From Flavobacteriales bacterium UBA4466 (GTDB taxonomy: Bacteria > Bacteroidota > Bacteroidia > Flavobacteriales_D > Sanyastnellaceae), in the NCBI GenBank assembly GCA_905182895.1, contig CAJJDD010000002.1, forward strand, positions 46,620 through 110,619: a stretch of DNA of 64,000 bases. Direction: 5' to 3'. Shown here one piece after another: positions 9,625 through 20,327 of the stretch. The position numbers were made by a program, and so were the translations under genes. Position 1 is the stretch's first letter, and every line of letters starts with the position of its first letter. Below the pieces are notes generated by a model. It saw only the letters and a program-made list of their open reading frames with translations, was not told the DNA's origin and did not search any database.

Positions 9625-9701
9625 TGGCGGTCTGGACGAGACTCGAACTCGCGACCACCTGCGTGACAGGCAGGTATTCTAACCAACTGAACTACCAGAC
9701 C
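9625..9701 (-). tRNA. tRNA-Asp (anticodon GTC), CCA encoded
   Basis: The reverse complement folds by hand as GGTCTGG-TA-GTTC-AGTTGGTTA-GAAT-A-CCTGC-CTGTCAC-GCAGG-TGGTC-GCGAG-TTCGAGT-CTCGT-CCAGACC-G-CCA. It has a 7-bp acceptor stem, a GTC anticodon and a T-loop TTCGAGT. Confidence 0.93.
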
Positions 9702-9800
9702 AGTTTTCTTGTACTCTAAGTCTTTTAACTATTTCGATAATTATCGAGAGAACTATAAGACCAAAACTTCATTATGCTGCTTTTCTCTAAAAGCGGAGCG

Positions 9801-9808
9801 CAAAGATA
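9801..9808 (-). promoter_or_regulatory. Candidate Bacteroidota -7 box (TAtcTTTG) upstream of tRNA-Asp
   Basis: The reverse complement of CAAAGATA is TATCTTTG, about 95 nt upstream of the mature tRNA 5' end. Motif match only. Confidence 0.25.
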
Positions 9809-9941
9809 ATTCCTTTTTTACTTTCAGCAAGTGGTTTACTGAAAAAAAATGAAAAAAGTTTCATTCTTATCTCATTTGCCGTTGTGAAGCCTATCATATA
9901 TAGGAAATGTTATATTTACACTAACTATAGTTTTAGAGCAA

Positions 9942-12900
9942 ATGAAATTCATACTTGGCATAATGATGCTTTTTTTACCGCTAATTTTCACAGCGCAGAT
10001 TAGTCTAAACGAATTATCTGCCAAGGGAGGTGTTGTAAATATGGGGGGGGATGAAGACTGGTTAGAGATTATAAATACCGGGGCTGAGTCTCTCTTTTTA
10101 GCAGACTATTATTTGTCTGATAATGCAGATGATCTTCAGAAATGGAATATGCCGGCATATACACTTACTCCAGGTGAGATACTGCTTGTGTTAGCCTCAG
10201 GAAATAATGTGGGCAGTGGATCAGGTGTTTGGCAGTCTTTCGTGCTGGCAGAAAACACATGGAAATATTTACCAGGAACTACAGAGCCTTCTTTAGATTG
10301 GAATTCATTAGATTTTAATGATTCTGCTTGGGAAGAAGCTTCGGGAGGGTTTGGCTATGCCGATGAAGATGATGGAACAGAGCTAGAAGGATTTCCTTCG
10401 GTATATATTAGAAGGACTTTTCAGGTGTCAGACGCTTCGGCAATCTCTGAAATGATTTTACATGCAGATTATGATGATGCTTTTGTGGCCTATTTGAATG
10501 GAACAGAAATCGCTCGTTCATCAAACATAGAAGGATTTCCACCAGCGTACGATTCGTATGCCACTATAGACCACGAAGCCAATCTTTATGAAGGTGGTAT
10601 TCCCGAAATGTATACGCTGAGCCCAGCAGAGATTAATGTTTTAGTTCAAAATGGTGATAATGTATTGGCTATTCAAACACACAATGTTTCAGCTGAAAGT
10701 TCTGATATGAGTAGTAATTTCTTTTTGAGTGGTTTACTCGATTCTTTTAATCCATCATATTTACCTCTTCCAACTTGGTATCAACCTTTTGTGAATTCTT
10801 CATTTTTCGAGACTAATTTCAAGTTAAGCCCAGGTGAAACTGTGTTTGCTACCAGTGTATTTGGAGATATTACAGATTCAGTTACGATACCAGAAGAGTT
10901 ATCAGGTGGGCTTTCTTATGGAAGAGAGCCAGATGGAACAGGTCCATGGTGCTATTTTGATGTATCCTCTCCAGCAGTTGCTAATGCAAATAGTTGGTGT
11001 TATGCCGGAATAGCAGAAGAACCTACTGTAAGTTTACCTTCAGGATGGTACACCTCAGACCAATTGTTAACTGTAGACGCACAATTTAATGCAGTACGAT
11101 TCACTTCAAATGGAGATGCTCCTACTTTAGATTCGCCCTTATTTATTGAAGCAGAGGTAGATGAAAATATTTCTTATTCATTCAGGTCATTCTCTCAGCA
11201 GAATCTCCTGCCTAGTGTGGTTGTAGATAGAACATACATTTTGGACGAAGATAATTATGAGCTTCCTGTATTCTCTATCCACACCGATGAGGCCCACCTT
11301 TGGGATTGGGAAGATGGTATCTATGTATATGGTCCTAATGCAGACTTAGATAATTATATTAATGGCAGTAATTTCTGGGAGCCATGGTCACGTTTTTCTA
11401 GAGTGGAATTTTTTAATGGAAATAAGGAGCTAAAAGCAGAAGAATATTTAGACCTAGAAATTCACGGAGGATGGAGCAGGGGAGAGAGTCAAAAGTCTTT
11501 TCGGTTTGATTTTAAGTCTGCTTACACTGGAAATTTGGAAGAGTCTCTGTTTTCTCAAAAACCGTTTATAGAGGACGTAAATAACATTAACCTCAGAGCA
11601 GGGGGTCAGCACCTCTGGACAGATAAAATCCAAGATGGTCTTTTTTCAAGAGTAGTAAATGATCTAAATCTAGACAATATGGCTTACGAGCCATGCTTGC
11701 TCTATTTAAATGGAGAATTTTGGGGTGTTTATGCTATGCGTGAAAAAATGGATGAGCACTATGCAGAATCCAACCATGACGTGAATTCTAGTGAAGTAGA
11801 CCTATTAAATTCGTGGGGAGTTTTAGAGGGAACAGACGCTCACTTTATAGAGACCTTTGAAGTCTTAATGCAGGCCAGTTCTAATCTTTCTGAGTTTTAT
11901 CAAGTGGCTGATAGCAGGTTAGATTTAGAGAATTATATGGATTACTTTATAGCAGAAACTTATCTGCAAAATAAAGATTGGATGGGCATAGAATGGGGGT
12001 TAAACAACGTGAAATTATGGAGGCCTCAGACAGAAGGAGGAAAATGGAGGTACATGATGTATGACCTAGATTTTGGGTTTTCTTTTCTATGGGGTTCTGT
12101 TGAGGATAATTTTATAGCTAAAGCAAAAAACCCACCTTATCCGTCTATGCACTCGGAGTTGTTTAATAAACTGTTGACCAATAACCAGTTTAAATGTGAG
12201 TTCGCTCAGCGCTATGCAGATGTAATTAATACAGTATTTCAGCCATCTTATTTCACCGAAAAAAAGGATGAGATAGTAAGCCAGATGGAAGGTGCTATGA
12301 CCATTCATGCAGATAGATGGGCTGAAAACGTACCTGTGGAACAATGGTATTTAGATGTCAATCAAATAGCAAACTATAATACATCTCGAATTCCTACGGC
12401 TAGAGCGCATGTAAATGATGAATTGAACTTAGGTGGTCAAACAGTAATGACTTTTAACGTACTTCCAGAAGGAGCAGGAACCATTCAAGTAAACACGATA
12501 GAGCCAGAATCATTTCCATGGACTGGCGTATATTTCCATGGCTGCCCAGTTCAGATTATAGCCACGCCCAATGAAGGTTTTGTTTTTGATTCTTGGAATG
12601 CCAATGGCATAATTACAGAAGGCTCAGGAGAATCTGTCTTACTAGAAAATTTATTCCAAAACGATACATTCACAGCCAACTTCTTCACTGAGGGAGTAGA
12701 CGTAACAGAAATAGAAACTGTTGTAAATTTAGAGGTGTTTCCTAATCCTACGAATGGATTTACCACCTTAAGTTATGAGTCATCTATAGTAGAAGATGTT
12801 CAAATAGCGGTCTATGACATGGCAGGAAAGCAAGTTTTTTATGAGCAAGTGATGAAAGGGAATAGAGAATTAATATTTCCTATAGACTTAACCTTCTTGA

Positions 12901-12970
12901 AAAGGGAATGTATTTAGTAGAATTGAAGTCTGACTTTAACATAATTTCCACAAGAGTAGCGTTGCAATAG
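9942..12970 (+). CDS. Lamin-tail-domain plus CotH kinase family protein with T9SS C-terminal domain; last ~25 codons are in another frame
   Basis: Signal peptide. LTD-like N-terminus (LNELSAKGG...DWLEIINTGAESLFLADYYLSD). CotH core (LEIHGGWSRGESQKSFRFDF...CLLYLNGEFWGVYAMREKMDEHY). CTD starts at LEVFPNPTNGFTTLSY. The track ORF stops at 12917 (..LTFLKRECI), but a shift near 12895 reads LEKGMYLVELKSDFNIISTRVALQ-stop (TAG 12968-12970), the expected CTD ending. Confidence 0.8.
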
Positions 12971-13025
12971 CAGATCAGCACACCATCCAACTCACGACTA
13001 AAACTAGCCATAGAATCAGAATTAA

Positions 13026-13961
13026 TCAGAGCATTTTTTTCCTTTTGACTAAGTATTGAAGAAGGATTTGATTGAATCCAGCGTTGATGTCTGCTTCTAC
13101 GAAATCTATTCCGTACTGTCCGCACTTGAGCTTGAGCTCAGCGGCAAATTCAGTTATACCTTTTACATATTCCTCTCTTACATCTCTTGGGTTAACCTTT
13201 ACTTCATCACCACTTTCCATATCTACAAAAGTGTAAGGTCTGTTGGCGAAGTCAAAGTCTATCTCCTTAGATTTATCTACGGTATGAAATAAAATAACCT
13301 CGTGTTTGTTGTGTTTTAAATGTTGCAACGCAGAAAACAACTCGTCAGATCTTTCAGAGTTATCTAGCATGTCTGAGAATATAACTACAAGTGAGCGCCT
13401 AGGAATACTTTCCGCTATTTCATGGAGAGCTTCCACGGTAAATGTTTTCTTCTGGCTGGGCTTATCCATGTCATTCAGGAGGCCCTCTAGCTCATTGTAA
13501 AGAAACTGGTGGTGTGAAGCACTACTCTTAGCTTTCGTTTTTAAAGAAACAGTATCAGAAAAAAGACTCAAACCTACGGCATCTCGCTGCCTTCTGAATA
13601 ATTCTATCATAGCCGCAGAGGCGTATATAGAAAATTTCAGCTTGTTGAGGTTATCAGATTCAGCTTTTACGCCAGCAGGGAAATACATACTAGAGCTATG
13701 GTCGATCACTAAATGACATCTCAAGTTGGTTTCTTCCTCGTATCGTTTCACGAAAAGTTTTTCGGAACGGGCATAAAGCTTCCAGTCGATATGTCTTGTA
13801 GATTCTCCAGTATTGTACAATTTATGTTCGGCAAACTCTACGGAGAATCCATGAAATGGACTCTTATGCATTCCCGTTATGAAACCTTCTACAGCTTGCT
13901 TAGCCATGAACTCAAGCTTACTCAGCTGCTGAAATTTCCTTCTATCTATATTTAATGCCAT
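13026..13961 (-). CDS. DUF58 domain protein (vWA-like, usually MoxR-associated)
   Basis: Characteristic N-terminal block GMHKSPFHGFSVEFAEHKLYNTGESTRHIDWKLYARSEKLFVKRYEEETNL. Confidence 0.85.
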   Translation of the reverse strand: MALNIDRRKFQQLSKLEFMAKQAVEGFITGMHKSPFHGFSVEFAEHKLYNTGESTRHIDWKLYARSEKLFVKRYEEETNLRCHLVIDHSSSMYFPAGVKAESDNLNKLKFSIYASAAMIELFRRQRDAVGLSLFSDTVSLKTKAKSSASHHQFLYNELEGLLNDMDKPSQKKTFTVEALHEIAESIPRRSLVVIFSDMLDNSERSDELFSALQHLKHNKHEVILFHTVDKSKEIDFDFANRPYTFVDMESGDEVKVNPRDVREEYVKGITEFAAELKLKCGQYGIDFVEADINAGFNQILLQYLVKRKKML

Positions 13962-14150
13962 ATTCTTTTCGGTAGATGCTAATTTAACGAAACTCAGCTA
14001 CCAATAGTTGTGAAAAATCATTAATAGCGAACTGTTGTATTCTGAAATTAATTTTGTTCGATGCTTGAAGTTTTTTGCTGATGCCATTGCGTAAAGCGAA
14101 TTACCAGTATCTAATCTCCACACTGTCTAAATAAATGGCTTAAACTTTTC

Positions 14151-14158
14151 TAACTTTG
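14151..14158 (+). promoter_or_regulatory. Candidate -7 box (TAacTTTG) ahead of the sulfur-handling cluster
   Basis: TAACTTTG lies 6 nt before an ATG at 14164. Motif match only. Confidence 0.3.
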
Positions 14159-14209
14159 ACTCATGGAAATAGCCTCACATCTTAAAAACGAATTTGCATT
14201 TGAGTTTTA

Positions 14210-14338
14210 GTGGGCGCCTGTCCAAGTCCTATGTTCGTACTCCTAAGTCAAGGATTTGTCTCTATTCTTGTAGTAATCGGTGGAGCTATTCTAGGTACAT
14301 TTGTTTTCAGGATGATTAAAAACTATTTACCTTTTTAG
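14210..14338 (+). pseudogene. Possible remnant of a YeeE/YedE-type (sulfur transport) membrane protein
   Basis: A 43-codon open frame reads VGACPSPMFVLLSQGFVSILVVIGGAILGTFVFRMIKNYLPF-stop and abuts the TauE start. It resembles the last helix of YeeE/YedE-family proteins. An ATG at 14164 is in a different frame and stops after 15 codons. Confidence 0.3.
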
Positions 14339-15139
14339 ATGGAAGAAACCTTAGTCATAGGGTATGGATTTGCCATTGTTATAGGATTAATAATGGGTCT
14401 TTTAGGTGGTGGTGGAAGTATACTCACCGTTCCTGTATTTGTCTATTTATTAGGTTTTGATGAGGTAACTTCTACAGCATATTCACTGTTTGTAATAGGG
14501 GTGACTTCTACAGTAGGTGCTGGGAAAAATGTACTCAGAAAAAATGTAGACTTTAAAAGTGCTCTGGCTTTTGGCTTTCCCTCTTTTATCGCTATTTATT
14601 TTACCAGAAGGTACCTCATTCCTGAAATCCCAGAAGAAATATTCACTTTAGGCACAGAGGTGTTTACCAGAAAAACAATGATGATGTTATTCTTTTCACT
14701 TTTATTAATCGTAGCCGCATTGCCTATGATTAAGAAGAGAAAACTCATATCTTCGGAGGGTTTAGACAAAGTGCTTCCATATACTAAAATGGCTTTTCAA
14801 GGAATAGTTATAGGACTTTTAGCAGGTTTAGTAGGCGCAGGAGGAGGTTTTTTAATTCTGCCAGCTTTGGTGTTGCTTTCTAAATTGCCTATAAAAAAAG
14901 CGATAGGGACTACATTGTTCATAATAGCGTTTAATTCGCTCATAGGTTTTTCTGGTGATGTGCAGAATATAGAAATTGACTGGGAATTCTTACTCCCATT
15001 TACAGCATTTTCTATCTGTGGAATATTGCTTGGAGTATATTTCTCTAAGTTTATAGAAGGACCTAAGTTAAAGCGATTCTTTGGCTTCTTTGTCCTGATA
15101 ATGGCTGCTTACATTATAGTAAAGGAGTTGATTTTATAA
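14339..15139 (+). CDS. Sulfite exporter TauE/SafE family membrane protein
   Basis: Two GGGGS/GAGGGF glycine-rich helix motifs (LLGGGGSILTVPVFVYLLG; LVGAGGGFLILPALV) and about 8 TM segments. Confidence 0.85.
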   Translation: MEETLVIGYGFAIVIGLIMGLLGGGGSILTVPVFVYLLGFDEVTSTAYSLFVIGVTSTVGAGKNVLRKNVDFKSALAFGFPSFIAIYFTRRYLIPEIPEEIFTLGTEVFTRKTMMMLFFSLLLIVAALPMIKKRKLISSEGLDKVLPYTKMAFQGIVIGLLAGLVGAGGGFLILPALVLLSKLPIKKAIGTTLFIIAFNSLIGFSGDVQNIEIDWEFLLPFTAFSICGILLGVYFSKFIEGPKLKRFFGFFVLIMAAYIIVKELIL

Positions 15140-15217
15140 TAAAAGTTTAACATGAGTTTGGTTTTGCGTTGCAACGCTTACAGCAGAACTAAATAACTTT
15201 GTACAAGAAATAAGAAC

Positions 15218-16624
15218 ATGGTAATTCAACAGATATATACAGGATGTTTAGCTCAAGGAGCATATTACATCGAAAGTGAAGGAGAAGTAGCTATCATAGA
15301 TCCACTAAGAGAAGTACAGCCATACATAGAGATGGCAGAAGAAAAAAGAGCGAAGATTAAATATATTTTCGAAACGCACTTTCATGCAGATTTTGTGAGT
15401 GGACATGTCACACTTTCCGAAAAAACTGGAGCATCTATTATTTACGGTCCGAATGCCAATCCATCTTTTAAAGCTACTATAGCCACAGATGGACAGGAGT
15501 TTAAACTGGGTAACTTAACTATAATAGCGCTTCATACTCCGGGTCACACTATGGAAAGCACTACTTATTTGTTGAGAGATGCAGAAGGTAAAGACACTGC
15601 TATTTTCTCAGGAGACACCTTGTTTTTAGGCGATGTAGGAAGACCAGATTTGGCTCAGAAAGCAGCTACTATGACTCAGGAAGATTTAGCAGGAATACTG
15701 TTTGATAGCTTGAGAAATAAGATCATGCCGCTAGCAGATGACATTACTGTTTATCCCGCACATGGAGCAGGTTCTGCTTGTGGAAAGAACATGAGCAAAG
15801 AAACTGTAGGAAATTTGGGAGACCAAAAGTCTACCAACTACGCGTTGAGAGCAGACATGACTAAAGATGAATTTATAGCAGAGGTTACAGATGGATTGTT
15901 GGCTCCTCCAGCCTATTTTCCTTTGAATGTAAAAATGAACAAGGAGGGTTATGTTAGTATAGATGAGGTAATAAAGAAGGGTGATGTGGCACTTTCGGCA
16001 TCGGCTTTTGAAGCTGCAGCTAATGAGATTGGAGCTGTAGTTCTGGATGTTCGTCACCAAGATAAATTTGTAGTAGCTCATATTCCAAATTCTATTTTTA
16101 TAGGTTTAGATGGTGGTTTTGCACCATGGGTAGGTGCCGTTATTTCTGATATTTTTCAACCGATTTTGTTAGTTGTTGATGAGTCTAGAGAAGAAGAGGC
16201 TATCACTAGACTTTCAAGAGTAGGTTTTGATAATGTGATTGGTTATTTAGATGGAGGATTGGAAAACTGGAAAAAAGAAGGAAAAGAAGTAGAGAGCTTA
16301 GAATCTATTTCAGCAGACCAGTTTGCCGCTCAAGTAGAAAAAGACGGAAGAAAAATATTTGACGTAAGAAAACCAGGAGAATGGGATACTGAACATTTAC
16401 CAGATGCAGAAAACACATCACTAGGTGAGTTGAATAATCACTTGGCAGAATTCCCTAAAGAAGACAAGTTTTACATACACTGTGCTGGTGGTTACCGTTC
16501 AGTAATAGCGGCATCTATCCTTAAGTCAAGAGGCATTCATAATATGATAGATGTAAAAGGAGGATTCGATGCGATAAAGAAAACAGAAATGAAGACGTCT
16601 ACTTTTGTTTGTCCAAATTCTTAG
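15218..16624 (+). CDS. MBL-fold hydrolase (persulfide dioxygenase-like) fused to rhodanese domains
   Basis: Metallo-beta-lactamase motif ETHFHADFVSGH plus HTPGHTMES. C-terminal rhodanese active-site loop HCAGGYRS. Confidence 0.85.
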   Translation: MVIQQIYTGCLAQGAYYIESEGEVAIIDPLREVQPYIEMAEEKRAKIKYIFETHFHADFVSGHVTLSEKTGASIIYGPNANPSFKATIATDGQEFKLGNLTIIALHTPGHTMESTTYLLRDAEGKDTAIFSGDTLFLGDVGRPDLAQKAATMTQEDLAGILFDSLRNKIMPLADDITVYPAHGAGSACGKNMSKETVGNLGDQKSTNYALRADMTKDEFIAEVTDGLLAPPAYFPLNVKMNKEGYVSIDEVIKKGDVALSASAFEAAANEIGAVVLDVRHQDKFVVAHIPNSIFIGLDGGFAPWVGAVISDIFQPILLVVDESREEEAITRLSRVGFDNVIGYLDGGLENWKKEGKEVESLESISADQFAAQVEKDGRKIFDVRKPGEWDTEHLPDAENTSLGELNNHLAEFPKEDKFYIHCAGGYRSVIAASILKSRGIHNMIDVKGGFDAIKKTEMKTSTFVCPNS

Positions 16625-16681
16625 TCATCTGTCTTTAGCATTTAGATTAGAAGTAGAATCAGCATTAATAATTTATAAAGA

Positions 16682-16990
16682 ATGGAACAATTAAACGCGC
16701 AGCAGTGGAAGGAGAAGCTAGATGCTTCATCAGATGGGGTCATCGTAGATGTGAGAACTCCAGTAGAATGGGAGGAGGGGATAATTCCGAATGCAGTTTT
16801 AAATAACATACATGAACAACAGGGGTTTATGGATTACGTGGAGTCTTTAGATAAAGACAAGGAGTATTTCATGTACTGCAGAAGTGGCGCTAGAAGCGGG
16901 AATGCTTGTGCCTATATGGAGAGCCAAGGATTCACCAAAACTTATAATTTAGCAGGTGGAATTTTAAATTGGCCTTTTGAGAAAGCTTAG
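16682..16990 (+). CDS. Single-domain rhodanese-like sulfurtransferase
   Basis: 102 aa with active-site loop YCRSGARSG. Confidence 0.85.
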   Translation: MEQLNAQQWKEKLDASSDGVIVDVRTPVEWEEGIIPNAVLNNIHEQQGFMDYVESLDKDKEYFMYCRSGARSGNACAYMESQGFTKTYNLAGGILNWPFEKA

Positions 16991-17272
16991 GAATGAATAT
17001 TCATCTTTGATTGTTGCTAAACTGCTGTGATGATCAGGGTGTAAAAAACACCAAGCTATTCCTAATAGCCTCTCTCACTTTGGATTTAGCTCCTTTCTTT
17101 CCAGAGCCACACATTGTGGAGAAAATAAGATGGACAATAGGCGGAGCAGATGGATGGCTCTAGACTACCGACTAATCTGGTATTAGAATCTCGAATTAAT
17201 AATCCATCATTAACCATTAATAAATAAAAAAGGTAAACTCTTTCACTAATTTTACTCCATCTAATTTCATTT

Positions 17273-18040
17273 ATGAAAGTAACTTTTTTAGGAACAGGAA
17301 CCAGTCAGGGCGTGCCAGTAATCGCGTGTGACTGTGCTGTGTGTAAGTCTGAAGACCCTAAAGATAAGCGACTGAGGGTAAGTGTTCTTGTAGAGGTTGA
17401 TGGACTAAATGTACTTATAGATTCTGGACCAGATTTCAGGCAGCAGATGCTCCGAGAAAACGTCCAAAAGTTAGACGCCATTCTTTTCACTCACGAGCAT
17501 AAAGACCACACCGCGGGATTAGATGATGTAAGAGCCTTCAATTTCAAGTACAAGAAGGATATGGATGTCTATGCACATCCTAGAGTTCAGGAAGCGTTAA
17601 AGATGGAGTTCAGTTACATCTTCGCAGAATTTACATACACCGGAGTTCCTAAAGTTCAGCTACATAATATTTCTAAAGAAAGCGCCTTCACCATAGAATC
17701 TAAAGTAGAAGTTACTCCTATAGAAGTGCTGCATTATAAGCTTCCAGTACTCGGTTTTAGAATTGAGAACTTTACATATATAACAGATGCTAAAACCATT
17801 TCTCCTGAAGAAAAAGACAAGTTCCGAGGGACAGAAGTGTTAGTTTTAAATGCGCTGCACAGAAAAGACCATATCAGTCATTTTAATTTACAGGAGGCAC
17901 TGGACTTAATAGCAGAAATTCAGCCTAAGCAGGCTTACCTTACTCATATTTCTCATTTGTTTGATAAGCATGAGGATATTTTAAGAGACTTACCAGAAAA
18001 TGTTTTTGTAGCGTTTGATGGGTTAAAAATAGAATTATAG
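17273..18040 (+). CDS. MBL-fold metallo-hydrolase (PhnP/YycJ-like)
   Basis: MKVTFLGTGTSQGVPVIACDCAVC ... THEHKDHTAGLDD motifs. Confidence 0.8.
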   Translation: MKVTFLGTGTSQGVPVIACDCAVCKSEDPKDKRLRVSVLVEVDGLNVLIDSGPDFRQQMLRENVQKLDAILFTHEHKDHTAGLDDVRAFNFKYKKDMDVYAHPRVQEALKMEFSYIFAEFTYTGVPKVQLHNISKESAFTIESKVEVTPIEVLHYKLPVLGFRIENFTYITDAKTISPEEKDKFRGTEVLVLNALHRKDHISHFNLQEALDLIAEIQPKQAYLTHISHLFDKHEDILRDLPENVFVAFDGLKIEL

Positions 18041-18937
18041 ATGGGAAACAAGTTGCTGTATAATTTAATAGTAAAACCGCTTTCTTGGCTCCCGTTCTGG
18101 ATGCTTTATGTCATTTCAGATGTAGCTAAGTTTTTTATTTACACTGTTTTTGGTTACCGAAAAAAAGTGGTATTGACTAATATGAGAAATTCTTTTCCTG
18201 AAAAAAGCGAAAAGGAGATATCTAAATTAGCCAGCGAGTTTTATAGTCATTTTACGGATGTTATAGTAGAGAGTGTGAAGCTGTTTAGCATTTCAGAAGC
18301 TAACCTAGCGAAGCGAATGGTTTCTGTGAATTCTGAACTCTTTGATTCATACTATGAGGAAGGCAGAGATATTATTATGGTGTCTAGTCATTTCGGAAAT
18401 TGGGAAATGTGCGCTACCTTCGGTCAGCACCACATGCCACATTCTACTAGAGGTGTTTACATGCCTATGAAAAACAAGTACTGGAACGAGAAGGCTAAAA
18501 CATCTAGGTCTAGATTCGGAATGAACCTAGTTCCTAGGAAAGAAGCGATCAGCCAGTTAGGTATTTCAGACGTTCCTGTGGCGCTCATTCTATTGGTAGA
18601 TCAGAGTCCACATAAAGATAAAAGGTGTTATTGGACTAACTTCTTAAATCAGGAAACTGCTGTAAACTTCGGGATGGAGAGGTTAGCTACTGACCATAAT
18701 GCAGTAGTTATTTATGGCGATATTCAAAAGGTGAAAAGAGGGTATTTCGAGGTGACATATACTGTTATATCAGATGATCCTACCTCTCATCCTTACGGAT
18801 GGCTAACCGAGAAAACAACCCTGAAAATAGAAGAAATAGTTAGAGAAAATCCTCAATACTGGCTTTGGACGCATAAGAGGTGGAAAAGAACAAGGAGAGA
18901 AGATGAAGAGTTATGTAACGTAATAGAAAAAGCATGA
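18041..18937 (+). CDS. Lysophospholipid/lipid A (LpxL/HtrB-like) acyltransferase family protein
   Basis: Length, N-terminal membrane helix and conserved SSHFGNWE (HxxxxE-type) block. Confidence 0.7.
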   Translation: MGNKLLYNLIVKPLSWLPFWMLYVISDVAKFFIYTVFGYRKKVVLTNMRNSFPEKSEKEISKLASEFYSHFTDVIVESVKLFSISEANLAKRMVSVNSELFDSYYEEGRDIIMVSSHFGNWEMCATFGQHHMPHSTRGVYMPMKNKYWNEKAKTSRSRFGMNLVPRKEAISQLGISDVPVALILLVDQSPHKDKRCYWTNFLNQETAVNFGMERLATDHNAVVIYGDIQKVKRGYFEVTYTVISDDPTSHPYGWLTEKTTLKIEEIVRENPQYWLWTHKRWKRTRREDEELCNVIEKA

Positions 18938-20220
18938 GTTTCGCAGACCATACGCCATTAGCAGAGAGGATGCGGCCTAAAACTCTTGATGAGTATATCG
19001 GTCAGGGTCATTTGGTAGGTCAGAACTCTGTGCTCCGAAGGACGCTGTCTAGTGGGAATATTCCTTCATTAATTCTATGGGGACCTCCCGGAGTAGGAAA
19101 AACTACACTAGCTCAGATTATAGCCACTTTGGTGAAAAGGCCATTTTACACATTGAGTGCTATAAACTCAGGTGTTAAAGATATTCGAGAGGTTATAGAA
19201 AAGGTGAAGAACCAAGGGTTATTTGGCGGTGGAAGCGCCATTCTTTTTATCGATGAGATTCACCGTTTTAGTAAAAGTCAGCAGGATTCTTTGCTAGGAG
19301 CGGTAGAAAAAGGAACCATCACACTAATAGGAGCTACTACTGAGAATCCTAGCTTTGAGGTTATTTCTGCTCTTCTCAGTAGGTGCCAAGTCTACACCTT
19401 GAAGTCTCATACTAAGGATGACCTGGAGGGTCTGTTACAGCGAGCAGTGGCATCAGAATCTGCGTTGCAACGTAAAAAAATAAGTCTCCTAGAAACCAAA
19501 GCATTATTAAAATTGAGCGGAGGAGATGCGAGAAGGATGCTTAACTGTTTAGAGCTGGTGATTTCCAGCGCCAACGAAGATGAGTTGGTTATAACAGATG
19601 AGCTCGTAACATCCTTAGTGCAGCAGAACTTGTCTAAATATGACAAGGACGGAGAGCAGCATTATGACATAGTTTCGGCCTTAATAAAGTCCATTAGAGG
19701 AAGCGACCCTAACGCCGCAGTCTACTACTTGGCCAGAATGATAGAAGGCGGAGAGGATCCTAAATTTATAGCCAGGAGATTATTAATCTCAGCGTCTGAA
19801 GATATAGGAAACGCTAACCCTACAGCGCTGGTGATAGCCAATGCAGCTTTCGATGCTGTAGAAAGAATAGGATTCCCCGAAGGGAGGATAGTTCTGAGTC
19901 AGTGCGCAGTTTATTTAGCCACTAGCCCTAAATCTAATAGCACGTATATGGCCATTAATATGGCTCAGGGAGAGGTGCGTAACTCAGGAGATTTATCTGT
20001 TCCGCTAGCACTTAGAAATGCACCTACCAAGCTAATGAAAGAGCTAGGATATGGTGAAGAATATAAATACAGTCATAACGGAGAAGGAAATTTTCAAAGT
20101 CAAGAGTTTTTGCCTAAGGAAATTTCTGGTATGCGGTTTTATGAACCTGGAAATAATTCCAGAGAACTAAAGGACCGCCAGAAATTAAAAGAACTCTGGA
20201 AAGAAAAGTATGGGTATTAG
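18934..20220 (+). CDS. rarA: Replication-associated recombination protein A (AAA+ ATPase)
   Basis: LAERMRPKTLDEYIGQGHLVG...LILWGPPGVGKTTLA, IFIDEIHRFSKSQQD and the C-terminal MgsA domain (YDIVSALIKSIRGSDPNAAVYYLARM). ATGA start/stop overlap with the upstream gene. Confidence 0.9.
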   Translation: MSFADHTPLAERMRPKTLDEYIGQGHLVGQNSVLRRTLSSGNIPSLILWGPPGVGKTTLAQIIATLVKRPFYTLSAINSGVKDIREVIEKVKNQGLFGGGSAILFIDEIHRFSKSQQDSLLGAVEKGTITLIGATTENPSFEVISALLSRCQVYTLKSHTKDDLEGLLQRAVASESALQRKKISLLETKALLKLSGGDARRMLNCLELVISSANEDELVITDELVTSLVQQNLSKYDKDGEQHYDIVSALIKSIRGSDPNAAVYYLARMIEGGEDPKFIARRLLISASEDIGNANPTALVIANAAFDAVERIGFPEGRIVLSQCAVYLATSPKSNSTYMAINMAQGEVRNSGDLSVPLALRNAPTKLMKELGYGEEYKYSHNGEGNFQSQEFLPKEISGMRFYEPGNNSRELKDRQKLKELWKEKYGY

Positions 20221-20296
20221 ATTTTTATAATCAGAGGACTGTGTATAGTCTTGACTGATTTTTAAGTTCTTAAAACCGTTAAGAAGTAGATTCTCC

Positions 20297-20304
20297 TAAA
20301 TTTG
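20297..20304 (+). promoter_or_regulatory. Candidate -7 box (TAaaTTTG) for fabD
   Basis: TAAATTTG lies 24 nt upstream of ATG 20328. Confidence 0.35.
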
Positions 20305-20327
20305 CCCCAACTATTAAAAAACAAAAA

